From: Perkinsela sp. CCAP 1560/9
Taxonomy: Eukaryota > Protista > Euglenozoa: Kinetoplastea
Assembly: GCA_965644495.1 (NCBI GenBank)
Contig: CBFFSA010000004.1
Coordinates: 62,001 to 126,000 of the forward strand
DNA length: 64,000 bases
Direction: 5' to 3'
Made by a program: the position numbers and the translations under genes. Of the stretch, positions 43,693-55,840 are shown in pieces (the stretch's first letter is position 1; every line of letters starts with the position of its first letter). The notes under the pieces were generated by a model, which saw only the letters and a program-made list of their open reading frames with translations, was not told the origin of the DNA and ran no database searches.

Positions 43693-44506
43693 TATGTGCG
43701 GGTTTCTGTGAGTCGCTGTGGGCTGCTGTGGTTCGCTGCGAGTACTTTTTTTCGTCGGAAGACCCCGAAAGACTGGAAGAGGGACTTCAAAAGATTGGTG
43801 ATGCTCAATGGCCAAAAAAAAGAAAGCTGACCATATCTAGAAAAAGTGTCCAGCTGGCCACTTTTTCAAGGGCGAACTCGCCGTGAAAAATCATGCCTTT
43901 TTTTGTTTCATTTGCTATGCCGTCGGCTACTGAAATGCGTTTCAAAAAGATGGTTCTGGAAGTTAGTTTGGGACCTGAGAAATATTCCACAAGCCTTCAA
44001 AAAGCTGTGGTCTGTCAATTTGGGGAACATAATCAAGCATCTTCTCGTTTTTTTTGGATTGTAAATGCCCGCATTCCGAGTCGTGTTTTTGGTAAAAGGG
44101 TTCTAAAAACTGCTGACTGCACTCGATTCTTTTCATGTTTGGGGAATTACAGAGACTGATTCATGATCAATATCTCTGTTTTCAAAATTTCGATAAAAAT
44201 CGTTTTTATGCTCGCTTTATGCCCATTTTGGGCTCGCGGAATTTATCTTAGTACAGTCCCGTTCCGGCCATATTGCAGGAGTTCTCTGGAGAGTGCGCCA
44301 TGAAGATTGATAAAATAAGTGGTGTAAAAGTGATATTTGGAGGAAGAGGTTTAGTAGAAAAATATTCTAAAGACGGCAGCTGTTGAAATATAAATGCATA
44401 AATGCAGTCAAAAATACCAAAATGGAATGGAAAAGAAAGAGACACCTTCTGATGAGGAACGAAAAAAAGCGCGTTAGATACTCATCGCATCTCCCCCAAT
44501 AAAATA

Positions 44507-44918
44507 CCGGTGAAACGGTTATTAAGGATAAAAGTAATTAAGGCAGAACGGATTTAAAAATTTATTATTGCCTTAATTAAAGTGGCGCTGATAAAAGCCC
44601 AAAACAGTTCTTATTTAAATATTGTCGTTTGTAGCATAAATATCACATTTCTGCTAAAAGTGTTCAATTTCTGATCATTTTGCATGTTTTTCGAACTTTT
44701 CTAGACGAGCTTCGCATGTTTCGCCTACCTTTACGGTCTTCAACCAGTTCAACGTGTGAGAGAAAAGCTAAAACGATCATTGAAAGGAGAAGTCCGAGAC
44801 GGAATCATGAAATTATTTTTTCCCCCAAAATGACAAAAAATTAATTATTGCCTTAATTAAAGCTGCCTTTAATTAAAGTTGCCTTAATTTTAATTACCCT
44901 TAATTGAAGTTTCTACGG
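44507..44918. mobile_element. TA-flanked MITE
   Basis: TA|CCGGTGAAAC..ATTAAGG / CCTTAATTGAAGTTTCTACGG|TA; GCCTTAATTAAAG repeats. Confidence 0.6.
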
Positions 44919-45137
44919 TAATTTTTCCGCTAATTAATATTCCGTTAACTTTTATTCCCATGATTATTATTCGGTCAATAAGTACTTTGACGGCATTTTT
45001 GACAAATTTAGACAAATTGCCCTATTGGAAGGAGAATCGCGCATGAGCCTATTAAATAGGGGGGATAGTATTTGTAAAAGGGACAGTAGTTATTTCCAAA
45101 CCTTTCGCTTCTTATGACTCCGAAAAAAGTGATACAG

Positions 45138-45641
45138 TTACTTTCTTTGTTCCACCAGCTTTTCAATGAGTGCGTTACCCTTCTTACGGAATTGTGCTGC
45201 CTCAACTGAAAGTGCCTTGCGTTGAGCGGCTGACAACTTCTGGTATTTGGCAGATACTTTCTTTACCGCAACTCGGAATAGCACCTTTCGATCTTTGCAG
45301 TTTTTCTTTTCCGCATTGTATATCGCTGGCATGTTACGCTGCACGAACAAACTATAAGGATGACATTTAGCACTTTGAACTTGAGCTTTCAGTGAATGTT
45401 TTCGCTTCATATTCTCGGCAGCAATCTTACTGTAGGACTGGACCTGAGCTGGAGATAACTTTTTAAAAGCGGCATGTGCTCCGGCGAGATCTGAGAATCC
45501 CTTTTTACCTTTGAAAAACTTTGACATAAATACACGCAGTGCACTTGTCGGGGCTGATTTTCCAGCCCACGGCTTATTGATAACTTTACGACGAAGCTTT
45601 GCGATGTTCTTGGCGAGGTTTGGAAGCGCACGAGAAAACAT
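45138..45641 (-). CDS. KAP-like tandem HMG-box protein, copy 4
   Basis: 167 aa from ATG 45641. Confidence 0.82.
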   Translation of the reverse strand: MFSRALPNLAKNIAKLRRKVINKPWAGKSAPTSALRVFMSKFFKGKKGFSDLAGAHAAFKKLSPAQVQSYSKIAAENMKRKHSLKAQVQSAKCHPYSLFVQRNMPAIYNAEKKNCKDRKVLFRVAVKKVSAKYQKLSAAQRKALSVEAAQFRKKGNALIEKLVEQRK

Positions 45642-46804
45642 TAGAGATAGAAAGACAGGGAGCAAGCTAAATAACCCAGTATAGCGTAGAATACCATTAT
45701 CCGGAGGGATTGAACGAATAATACACACTTTTTTTTTGTGATTTCTTGAGTGACTTGTATGAAATGTTAACATTATTTGTTCGTTTTTCTAGAAACAAAT
45801 GACTAGCACTACCTTTTCTCTGGCTCTTGAATGAACTACACGGGTTGTCCCCATTTTGAATGCGCTTTGCTAATTAGCCTGAGATCATTAGATTCTGCCA
45901 CAGAAGAGGATTGCATATTACGGTTAAGAAACTATAAACTTGTTGTGCAGAAAGTTTCCTGTGAGCATAGGTATGAAAGAATGTCGTGTATTCTCAAGGG
46001 CGATAAGTTTCACTGCCCCGTACGCTCGTACCGCAAGTTAATGTCACAGAATGGCCCCTTCAAACATTTAAAGACCAAAGTTTCTGCCAAGCAAATTTTT
46101 ATTGGGATTGTATCATTCTCATATAGCATGCTCCGCACTGAAGTAGCAAAGGAAGAAGAAGTTTCTCAAAGAACCGCAGTCTTCCAACGCCGGACCATCG
46201 AAAAGGCACTGCCAGAAATTCGTCAGACCCGCCAGCGGGATGCCCAGAGCACAGTCTTCTTTATGCAAGTTGACGAAACATGGTTCTCAAAAGTTAACAG
46301 CTATCCAAACTGTTCAGACGCTGGTGGAGTGCTCTCGTGGCAACAAGCTGGAAGAGATTCATGTCCATAGTGGCAGTTAATAATTATTACAATAGAAATT
46401 ATTAATAATTTTTGTTTTAAAAAAATCCTAATTATCAATAATTATTAATAATTCTTCAATGGTACTTAAAAAGCTCAAATTTGAGGCAGTCTTTGGGAAA
46501 AAATGTATCTAAGGGGAGCAAATTTCACTTTCTTTCGGACTGACACCATGTTTGGCAGCTGACCTAAGGAGGGTATGGTGAAAGACGGGGAATTGTCCGA
46601 TTGTGTGCATCAAACAGGGGTCCTTAACACGTCCAAAACTTTATTGTAATCCTTTTATGGTACTGTCCCCCCCCACTTAAGCGCAACCAGGTTTTGGCCT
46701 AAAATTGCGCATAAGTAGCCGGGTCAAAAAAAGGGGTGAAATTTTTTTTTGCTTCAATCATGAGTTATATACGCGGGGTGCCCTTGGGGACTGCTTTTTA
46801 TATA

Positions 46805-47041
46805 CTATCCTCCCTATCCTAGCGTCCCCTTGCTGGGAGGAAATGCAACGCTAGGAGGGGGGGGGCAAAAACTGGGGCCGAAGAATTGCTAAGCTGAAAA
46901 TGTTGTGGGATTACTGAGGAAGATTTTCAAAAAAATCGCTGTTTAGAGTACATTTTTACCATAGCTTCGCAGCAAGAGACAGTCTAGAAAGCAACGCTAA
47001 TGAGGGGGGCTACCGAGGCAACGATAGGATAGGGGGGATAG
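46805..47041. mobile_element. MITE nested in 46663-47787
   Basis: TA|CTATCCTCCCTATCCTAGCGT ... ACGATAGGATAGGGGGGATAG|TA. Confidence 0.85.
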
Positions 47042-47043
47042 TA

Positions 47044-47255
47044 CTGTACCCCCCTAGTTATCTGTCACAACTTTTCGTGGAAAGGTGACAAATAAGTAGG
47101 GGGGTAAATTTCATTTTAAGATTTTTTTGGAAAACAATAGCTATGAAAGTGACAGATAACTAGGGGGAGTAATTGACGAAAAAAAATTGAAGGACCGAAA
47201 AGTGGCAGATAACTAGGGGGGTGACGTGTGAGAGATAACTAGGGAGGAGGTACAG
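47044..47255. mobile_element. MITE sharing a TA with the preceding MITE
   Basis: TA|CTGTACCCCCCTAGTTATCT ... AGATAACTAGGGAGGAGGTACAG|TA. Confidence 0.85.
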
Positions 47256-48084
47256 TACTTCACTTGTATGGTTACTTATGCCCGCGAATGACCACATCAC
47301 GGGGTGAGTGGCTTTTTTGCGAGCACCCGATCAATTGTAGGAAAAGAACGGACTTTTAAGAGCATGGGTCCGAAATATAAATTAAAGTTTAGTTTTTCAT
47401 GCACTTGTAGTGCAGTTACCCACGTTGTCTTTACCCGCCCCACATCTAGGCGGTGCCGCACGCTGGTGCGCTGATCATTTCAAAAGCGTACAGTACGTGG
47501 CAGGAGAGTTCCTCTGATGTACAGTACAGTATAGTATGCAACTAGCCGTACAGATCGGTGGAGGTCAGTGTGGATCAGAAGAGATCGCTGGAGATCGATG
47601 ATCATTTTTGAACACCCAAAGGGACTACCTGCAGACTCTCCATTTCAACAGCGGCGAAAATTGGTACAAAAATTCGTACCACAAAAAAAATATCCCGCCG
47701 CTTTGCGGCGCTGTTCTTCTGAACGATGTGTCAAAGTTGCGCTTAAGTGGCCGGGTCAAACGGTTGCGCATAAGTAGGGGGGGACAGTACTGTAAACGTA
47801 GTATAAATGGTTGCACTGAAAGTGCATATCAAGCTCTCCTTGGTACCATATTGTCTGACTGAACCTTAATTTTTCACGCTCAGGGTATCGTTCAGAGCAT
47901 CTTAATAATTATTAATAATCGCTAATAATTCTTTAATAATTATTATTATTAAAGCCTAAAATTATTAATAATTCTGCCACTATGTTCATGTCACGCCAGT
48001 ATACCCCAAAAAAGTAAAGTATGCACCAAAAAAGCTAAGAATACTTAATCCTTCCCATCGAGACTATGTGTAACTCCTCGCGCA

Positions 48085-49062
48085 ATCCAATCCAATCCAA
48101 AATACCGACAAAGTCGGCTAAAACACTTAGCACTTTCACATTAAACATTTCCATCTCTATCGCCTCCAAATTCAGAGTTTTTGTGCCTCCAAGACTAGAG
48201 CACACAAACAGCATAAAGTAATGGAATATAAAACTTCCTCAAGGCATATTCCAGAACACGTACGGAGATACACAACAAGCACTCACACTTACTTTGGTGT
48301 CCCCCTTCCACCGTCAGTTCTCGTAGCTTTCTGGCGAATTTAGGTTTGGGGAATGGAACGCTAGATTCTTCAATTAATTGTAGCTCTTTATAACTCTTGT
48401 TCTTGATAGCTGTGGCTTTCAATGTTTTCCATTTTTTTGTAGTAGCACGTTCGTAGTCAACCACTGGCTCAAGTGAAAGTTTTAGCTTTTCGGTGAGACG
48501 AAACCAATGTTCTCGATCTGTAGCATAAACCAATGTCTCTTCTAAAGTTATACCCAATACATGCTTCGCTTGGAGAAGGACGTCTCGAATTAGATTTATG
48601 TCTCCATTGCACCAGCTCTCGATAGTTCGGAGAATGTCTCAGCATGTGTCCGGTAAGTTTGGCTCTCTGAACTTTGTGAGTAGTGGAAAATCGTGATGTA
48701 TTTACGTAGAGAGAGTCTGTAGGATAACAAAAACCATACTCGTCCAATTTGTTGCACTGAGATGCAATTCTTCCCATCGTATTAATTTCGACATCAATCG
48801 AACGCAACATTTTTTGAGAAATGTACAATGCGCCCGAACCAAAGTTCAGAATAGGGTATATAAGCACGTCGTATAGTCTGAGTTTAAGATGAGAGCTTAA
48901 GGATGAAATCCATATTCCTCGCATGCGGGCAAATGAGGACCAGGCAAGTTTCAAACGATCTTTGATTGTAGATGATGTTTCATTGTCGTGAAGATGCCCT
49001 AGATGTCGATACGAATCTACTCTAGGTACCGTTTCCAGTTCTTTTGTCTGGAGATTCTTATT
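48085..49062 (-). mobile_element. 5'-truncated non-LTR retrotransposon (RTE-like C-terminal region)
   Basis: TSD CTCCTCGCGCA (48074-48084 and 49063-49073); (TTGGA)n 3' tail; VDSYRHLG..RLKLAWSSF..IW..KLRLY..PILNFGS thumb region. Confidence 0.85.
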
Positions 49063-49689
49063 CTCCTCGCGCACGCGGATCTACACCGATGGGGCCAGGC
49101 ACAACAACGCGCTTGAAGGACGTTATCCGTGGGATTCGGTGATACATCGCAATGAGTGGGTAAGTGCGTCCGGTGTGCACATGAACACCGTAGAAAGTGC
49201 CGGTGGCATGCTAAAGAAAACTTTGACCCGATGTGGTGGTTAACTTGGTAGAAACAGCGAAAGCCAGGAAGAGCGCTTATGCTTCCCTCTCGGAGTTACG
49301 ATGCTCTAACACTGCTAAACCGGTCCAAAGACCGGGGCCACATTTCATTAGTGATTGTGGAAATGGTGATGGAAGCAGCGACTGCTTTCCGAAGCTGTAG
49401 ATCGGTATAACGAAATGGGAGGAGGGGTGTTTCGGAATGAAATGTGGTCCTGGGCAGTCCGGATAACAGGGTTAGAGCATCGTAACTACGAGAGGGAAGT
49501 TTTGCTTCCCGACCACTATCAAGGAGGAGGGAAGCCTACTTCCCGGAAGTGGGTGAAGTATGCTCCATGGCAGTGAGTCTCAGTGGGGAGATAACTTTTT
49601 GAATTAGTGAAATGGTCTACACCTGGATTATATCAACAGTAGTTCGCGTTCAAGAAAATAGATTGAACTGCACGTTGGGGAGTACACTA

Positions 49690-50003
49690 CCGTATACCCC
49701 CCAGTAATAGCCCCCCCCAGTAACAGAGATTTGACCATTTTTAGACTGACTCCTAGTAACAGAGATTTGGTTCGGGAGGGTGGGTGGAGGGGGGAGGGGG
49801 TGTTTGAGCGGGTGGGGGTCGCTGGGCTGGGTGAAGGTGGCTGCATGGAAGCGAATGGCGTAGTTGCGGGGTTGTCTGGACAGAAAATCAATGCACCCAT
49901 GAACAAAAAAGGTCTTTTCCCACCAAAAAAGCATACCCCCCAAGTAACAGAGATTTGGCCATTTGGGTCCAAAATCGATTCTATTACTGGGGGGGGTATA
50001 CGG
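49690..50003. mobile_element. 314-bp MITE, complete copy
   Basis: TA|CCGTATACCCCCCAGTAATAG ... CTATTACTGGGGGGGGTATACGG|TA. Confidence 0.92.
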
Positions 50004-50239
50004 TAGTATGGTTTGGTATGGCCACTGAGTAAGATTGGATGAACTCCAGAGTAGCGAGTACACTAGCATGGTTTGGTATGGCCACTGAGTGAGGTTGAGT
50101 GAACGCCACAGTTGCGAGTATACTAGTATGGTTTGGCATGGTCACTGAGTATGGTTTGGTGAACTCCACAGTAGGGGACACACTAGTATGGTTTGGTATG
50201 GCCACTAAGGTTGGGTGAACTCCACAGCAGCGAGTACAC
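50004..50239. repeat. 60-bp minisatellite, about 4 diverged units plus a degenerate tail to ~50340
   Basis: TAGTATGGTTTGGTATGGCCACTGAGT..GTGAACTCCACAGTAGCGAGTACAC aligned at a 60-nt period. Confidence 0.9.
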
Positions 50240-50628
50240 TGTAGTATGGTTGCTGACTATGGTTACAATAGTCCAGTATTATTACTGTGGTATGGCTACT
50301 GAGGAAGGTTGAGTTAATTATAGTATGGTTTGTGTGGTCAGTCAGTAGGTGCCCATCCATTCAATTTTGTTTAACTTCAAGTTAGATTCGTGTGACTCTC
50401 ACGTTTAGATACGGATCCTTAGATCCCCCAAAATACGATGTATGAGAGCTGGCGAACTATCCTTTGTCTCATTTGTAACATTTTAATGAAGTAAAAGATG
50501 GTAATCGCAATTTTGTGGTGCCTTTCTATTCTCGTTCTACTGTTTTAACGCACACGTCAACCACGTGTTTTGATTCTTTAAGTGAAACTTCTTCAACTAA
50601 CGAACGTTACTCTCCCGAAGACGCGTAC

Positions 50629-51663
50629 ATGCAGCTTTGCTCTATGAAACGCGTGGGTGTAGAAGTGAGGAATAGGATTATCAGTGTTCTTCCTGCGGCC
50701 GTCTTTTTTGTGAAAGGAAAAATGATGCTCGAGCCTATACTGGCTGGAAATGGTAAAACTGCAACCGGTGCACAAAAAATTGAAAAGGCTTTTCAGGCTC
50801 TTCGATGCGGTAATTTTGATGCGGGTGAAGTCCCCGACACGGTGCTTGTTGCACTCCGAACGCATTATGTGATCATGAGTAGACTATCATCAAAAGACGA
50901 AAATGTTACCAAAAGAGGGGCTGAAGGACAAGCTGTCTCGAACGAGCGTGGGGGGAAAGGTATCAAGGGATCCATGAGTCCTCTAATTTGTAAGGCTGCA
51001 AAGCCAATTTGCGGGCCATTGATACATCAATGCCTGACAAATCAAGGATTTCAAACGGGGGGCTGGATGACTCCAGAACTAATAGCTGAAGTTCGGGCTG
51101 CAATAGGAAAAACCCCATACATGCGTTACTACGCGAATTTGATTGCTCAACTGCCTGCTGGGACAACGATTACGGGTACCGAAGACGAAGGTATTCGTCT
51201 TGTGGTATGGAACTTACTCTGTAAGCCCGCCTCAGTAATGGTCTCGTGCAGGTTGGCAGCGCAAGGTACGCGCATTACCCCTGCCACATTCGAAGAAATT
51301 CTTTTGGATAGCGAGGCGACGAGCATTGACAAAAGTATCGTCAATGCTCTTGCCAGTAATGTTCGCGCCGTTACTCGAATCAATTCGGCCGATCGCGGGT
51401 ATACCGGTAAATGTTTTCGGACGGAGCATATGGGATCATTCGACGAACTAAAAATGGAAAAATCAGGAGGGGTCACGCAACGCACGTGGTACTTCCCGAA
51501 CGCAGGCTATAGTCATTGGACACTATGCAGTTGTCCACTGCCATCCAGTGCCATCCAAAACAGAGATATTAGTGAGGACCGAAGACCTTTTTTTAGATTT
51601 GGAGGACCCAAGAACTTCCCATTTCCGCCGGATGTTGTAGGACAAGTGATGACCATGATATGA
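50629..51663 (+). CDS. Hypothetical protein (orphan; opposite strand to the host genes)
   Basis: 1149-nt stop-free frame from 50515; first ATG at 50629; globular-looking composition; no family recognised. Confidence 0.55.
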   Translation: MQLCSMKRVGVEVRNRIISVLPAAVFFVKGKMMLEPILAGNGKTATGAQKIEKAFQALRCGNFDAGEVPDTVLVALRTHYVIMSRLSSKDENVTKRGAEGQAVSNERGGKGIKGSMSPLICKAAKPICGPLIHQCLTNQGFQTGGWMTPELIAEVRAAIGKTPYMRYYANLIAQLPAGTTITGTEDEGIRLVVWNLLCKPASVMVSCRLAAQGTRITPATFEEILLDSEATSIDKSIVNALASNVRAVTRINSADRGYTGKCFRTEHMGSFDELKMEKSGGVTQRTWYFPNAGYSHWTLCSCPLPSSAIQNRDISEDRRPFFRFGGPKNFPFPPDVVGQVMTMI

Positions 51664-52522
51664 AAAAGCGGCTAATGTCGGATTCAATTGTACTCATTTT
51701 TCAAAAACACGTCTTTTCCTTGCCTTTTGCAAAATAAGATATTTTCTCGGTCTCTTCTTGTGCGTGCTTTGTCATGTACATGTGCGGACCTGAGTTGAAT
51801 TTTAAAGTGAAAGCATGATGGGGACACATCAAAAACTTTTGAAGATTTTTTGCTTTGTGACCGAAGAGAAATGTCCTCACGATCACGAGGGTGGGAAAAT
51901 TCGTGACTCTGTTTCTAGTATTTGTTGGAGGTGATGTAAGCACGTAAATTTTAGAAAAAGATTGTCTCGATTACTTCCTTACTCAAGTCATTGCAGCAAA
52001 GATCATGGATCCATATCCTGCAAGAAAACGGATAGCGAAGTGTGGCGTTCCATGAATGAGGATCAACAAAGAAAGTTTACGGTTCAAAAATCGAGCCGGC
52101 GTCAGTCAATTTAACTATTAAACGAAGGAAGAATCTACAAAGACAATCAAAGAACAAAAACAAGCTACGTTGTATTTAATACAGTGTAAACGTTGTATTT
52201 ATACAATACAAAAAACACATCTATATCTCATTAATATCAAAGAGTTTTATAGTTTTACACTATCTCGTTTTTACTTCCCTTGAGCTTAGTTTTTGCCTTG
52301 AAGCACATCACTTAGTCATGTTTTTCGGGTACAACGTTACTCTTACATTGTAATTGATAGAGTAATGAGTGAGTATTGATTATAGTGCATGTTTAGTTTG
52401 GGCATTAATTCATCTCAGTTGTGCAAGTGGAGGCAGGTCATACTGCTGCATATTGTATTACAAGGCTAGGTTGTTTGCCTTGAAGCACAAATGCATCGTA
52501 TATGATGTTCTGGTGCAAGTTA

Positions 52523-52871
52523 AACGGGGGTACGACTTAATGTACAGGGGGGGTATAATAAAGTGTACCCTGTATATTAAGGGGGGGTATATTCGCTCAC
52601 CGTTTATACCGGGTGGGGGGTATAATGTGTGGGGGTGAGGGATATATTAGCTCCAATGTTTTTTTGCGGTAACCAAAGAGGTTAAAAGGGGTAATACATG
52701 ATGGCACCGTGGAAAACAAGGGGATGGGGGGTATAAACGCTCTATTGTTTTTGAGCGTTTATACCCCCCATCCCCTTGTTTTCCACGGTGCCGAGGGGGG
52801 GTATATTGGGTAGCGAATATACCCCCCCGGCATATAAAAGGGTACCCGGTACATTAGGTCGTACCCCCGTT
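52523..52871. mobile_element. TA-flanked MITE containing a perfect 40-bp-arm hairpin (52703-52792)
   Basis: TA|AACGGGGGTACGACTTAATGTAC ... GTACATTAGGTCGTACCCCCGTT|TA. Confidence 0.82.
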
Positions 52872-53116
52872 TAAAACACATGATACAAGTTAAAAATAAG
52901 GTAGTAATCTAGCATTCAACATAGGGACTAGGACTTTTGGTTTACTGCTCTTTTGTTTGATTTTCCGAAATTGACATTCGCAAAGCGTGATTCAGGCACA
53001 TTCTGGTATGCTAAGTGAATGGGATTGGTACAGCGGTAGGCATGCACCTACTGCATGCTGGGATGCAAACAATACATTTATGAAAAAAGGTAGGGTTATA
53101 TCAGTTTAATATATTG

Positions 53117-54073
53117 CGGTGGTTGTAAACCCCTCCGCACCAATAAGGCACCCACCCTTAACTTTTCAGCCAAATGTCCGTTTGGGCTGATTTTTGTTGC
53201 ATTTTGCAGATCTCAACATAAAGACTTTGCGCGTGAAGAAATGAAACAAAAAGAAACGAATACGTATATTTTAGAGAAAGATTACCATTTTGTCACCTTT
53301 TCTCCGTTACTCGCCACACAAGCTTTGAGGCGAGCATCTAACCTCAAAACCCAATCATAAATATAATATTGAGACAATTTACGCCAAGCTTTACGTACGA
53401 TTTTTATGAGATCTTCTTTATTTGCCGGATTGTATTCATCTACAAGACTTTGTACCATGCTCCACACGCTTTCTATTGGTGAGAGATCGGGGGAGTTGGG
53501 CGGCTAATTTTTCAAAAATTTCATTTTGTTGTCATCAAGGTACGCTTTTGTTTCCTTCGCAGTGTGAGGTGCTGCCCCATCTTGCTGAAAAATACAGTTT
53601 GGGGTGAATGGTACTTTTTTTAATGTTTTAATGTACGAAACACATGTAATTGAGTTGGATGGAAGAATAACAAAGTGTCTTTGGATTCTGTTTTTTACTT
53701 CAGGGCTCAGAGTGTAAAGAATTTCAGGCGAATTGTTTTTCAAATATTTTCCAATATGTTTCACATTGACATTAAACCCGCGGGCTAGTTACCTTATCGC
53801 AACCCCGTGGCCAAGCCTCATGCGCCATAACACTTTTCCACTTTCTGTAAGACCACCCCTGGGGAGTCGATACGTATTTTTTGGCATGAAAAGTGAATTT
53901 TTCTTAAAAAATACATTCAACTTTTTTATATTTTTCGAAATGACCTAAAGACAACGGGAACGTACAGATCTCAAAATTTTGCACGATAAAGTGGTGCGAT
54001 AACCCCCCTAGCCCCCCTTGTGCGAAAAATAAGGGTGGGTGCCTTTTTGATGCGGAGGAGTTTATAACTACCG
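53117..54073 (-). mobile_element. Tc1-type (DD35E) element, deleted and degenerate
   Basis: ~45-bp imperfect TIR (CGGT(G/A)GTT(G/A)TAAAC.CCTCCGCA..AA.AAGGCACCCACCCTTA); FQQDGAAPH..KN*PPNSPDLSPIESVW..RLKACVASNG. Confidence 0.8.
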
Positions 54074-54074
54074 C

Positions 54075-54745
54075 TCTGCCCTCGATTATTGAAAAAACAG
54101 TGAACAAAAACAGTGAAAATATAAAGAGGAACACAGTAATATCATAGAAGAAAAAAATATTAAAGGGGGCCCCGGTGGTCCAAAACTGAAAAAACCAATT
54201 CAAAAAAATGGGGCGTCCATGGGGGGGTCGAGGGGGGGGGCATACGTCGCGAATTTTTTTTTCGAATTTTTTGCTTTTCAAAATCGAGCGCAGGGAAATG
54301 ATAGAGTAGGCCGCGGCGATAATTTTCCACCCCCCCCCTGGGGGTACCCCCCCCGGTACGCGGAGGAGGGGTCCGACATGGCCAAAAATTACAAAATTTT
54401 TGGGGTGACCCAAAAAAAAGAAAAAATATTATTTTTCCAAAATCGACTTCTAAACCGTATTTAGAGAGTTTTGGACCTCAGCTAACATTCTGCGACGTTT
54501 GGTTCGACAGATTCACCTCCTGCCCCTACTGGTAAGGCATCCAAAACGACCCAAATTCGGGTTACAAATTCGCAGTTTTCGCCGGAAAATCGAGCTTTTT
54601 TACCCGATAAAATAGATTATTCATCATCTTTTACCGATTGTTCTTTTTTAGGCTCTTCGTTAAACGCGGTGGTAGTTTTCAACGTGAAGCGCGCAGCATG
54701 AGTGACTTCTAAGTTGAAAACAACCACCGCGTTCAACGAAGAGCC
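54075..54745. repeat. Dispersed repeat ending in a 95-bp foldback (54651-54745); inverted relative at 59437-60345
   Basis: Shared blocks (CGATTATTGAAAAA.AGTGAACAAAAACAGTGAAAAT; GGTGGTCCAAAACTGAAAAAA; CCACCCCCC..GGGGT.ACCCCCC) and the same terminal palindrome. Confidence 0.75.
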
Positions 54746-55336
54746 TAAAAATTGTATTAACAATAATAATAATTAACGGAATATTTTTTTGGGAAGAAAT
54801 TATTCCGTTAATTATTATTCCAATGATTTTTACTAAATTCCTAACAAACTTTAAGCGCCAAGATACAACTTGTATATTCTCAAAAACTCTTCAGAACGTT
54901 GCGGGTTCGGTGCGGGTATTACAACAATCTTCTCAAAGCAAGCGAACTCTTCAGGCATTCCAGGAACTGAAGTAGAAAATTAGAGAGAGAACACGACTCC
55001 AACCACACCATTCTTTCGACACAAAAAGGCCCCTTGGGGTCCGAAAAATAATTTTTCACATTTTTTTGGTCAAAAATGGGTCATTTTCGCGGGTTCTACC
55101 GCTTCTGAAGTTTATTTTCGAAAAATAATTTTTACAAAAAAAATTTCGTGCGGTATGCTCCCCCTAGACCCCTCATGTTTTTCATTTTTTAATTTTTCAC
55201 AAATTATTCTATTGGCTTTTATACTTACCGAATATTTTATATGGCTTTTACATCTATTTATACTAACTATTCCGAAATTGTTTGTTTATAAAAAAAATGG
55301 TTTATTATACATGCACCTATGGATGAACTGATATCA

Positions 55337-55840
55337 TTACTTTCGTTGTTCCACCAGTGTTTCAATGAATGCGTTGCCCTTCTTGCGAAGTTGTGCTGCC
55401 TCATCTGAAAGAGCTTTGCGTTCAGCGGGTGGTAGATTCCTGTATTTGGCAGATACTTTCTTTACCGCCGCGCGGAAACAATCCTTAGGATTCTTGTGAT
55501 TTCCCCTCTCCGCTTTGTATGTCGCTGACATGGTACGCTTTAAGAACAAGTTATAAGGTCCGTAGTGTGCGCTTTTCATTTGTGCTTTCAGCGCTTTCTT
55601 CCGTTTCATATTCTCAGCAGCAATATTACTCAAGGACTGGACTTGAGCTGGAGTTAATTTTTTAAAAGCGGCATGAAGTCCGGCGAGATCTGGGTATCCC
55701 TTTGTACCTTTGCAAGATTTTGACATAAATACACGCAGCGCACTTGTCGGAGCTGATTTTCCAGCCCACGGATTATTGATAACTTTACGACGAAGCTTTG
55801 CGATGTTCTTGGCGAGGTTTGGAAGCACACGAGTAAACAT
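55337..55840 (-). CDS. KAP-like tandem HMG-box protein, copy 5
   Basis: 167 aa from ATG 55840. Confidence 0.82.
   Translation of the reverse strand: MFTRVLPNLAKNIAKLRRKVINNPWAGKSAPTSALRVFMSKSCKGTKGYPDLAGLHAAFKKLTPAQVQSLSNIAAENMKRKKALKAQMKSAHYGPYNLFLKRTMSATYKAERGNHKNPKDCFRAAVKKVSAKYRNLPPAERKALSDEAAQLRKKGNAFIETLVEQRK

Larger units (their letters stand above)
46663..47787. mobile_element. pogo-type MITE nested in 46366-47984
   Basis: TA|CTGTCCCCCCCCACTTAAGCGCAACC ... GGTTGCGCATAAGTAGGGGGGGACAG|TA. Confidence 0.88.
46366..47984. mobile_element. Non-autonomous DNA transposon with 8-bp TSD (P- or hAT-like)
   Basis: TTCATGTC|CATAGTGGCAG ... CTGCCACTATG|TTCATGTC; subterminal AATTATTAATAATT repeats. 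Confidence 0.9.
45831..49400 (+). pseudogene. Merlin transposase split by two insertions
   Basis: MQVDETWFSK..LEEIHV|46366-47984|TPV..LILPIETMC.P|48085-49062|RIYTDGA..SVIH..GVHMNTVES. Confidence 0.82.

Noticed and set aside
44449-44470. Hammerhead ribozyme core CTGATGAG..CGAAA
   Set aside because: No supporting stems I and III could be formed by eye.
50004-50340. CRISPR-like array
   Set aside because: The whole 60-bp unit is repeated with no unique spacers, there are no cas genes, and the context is eukaryotic.
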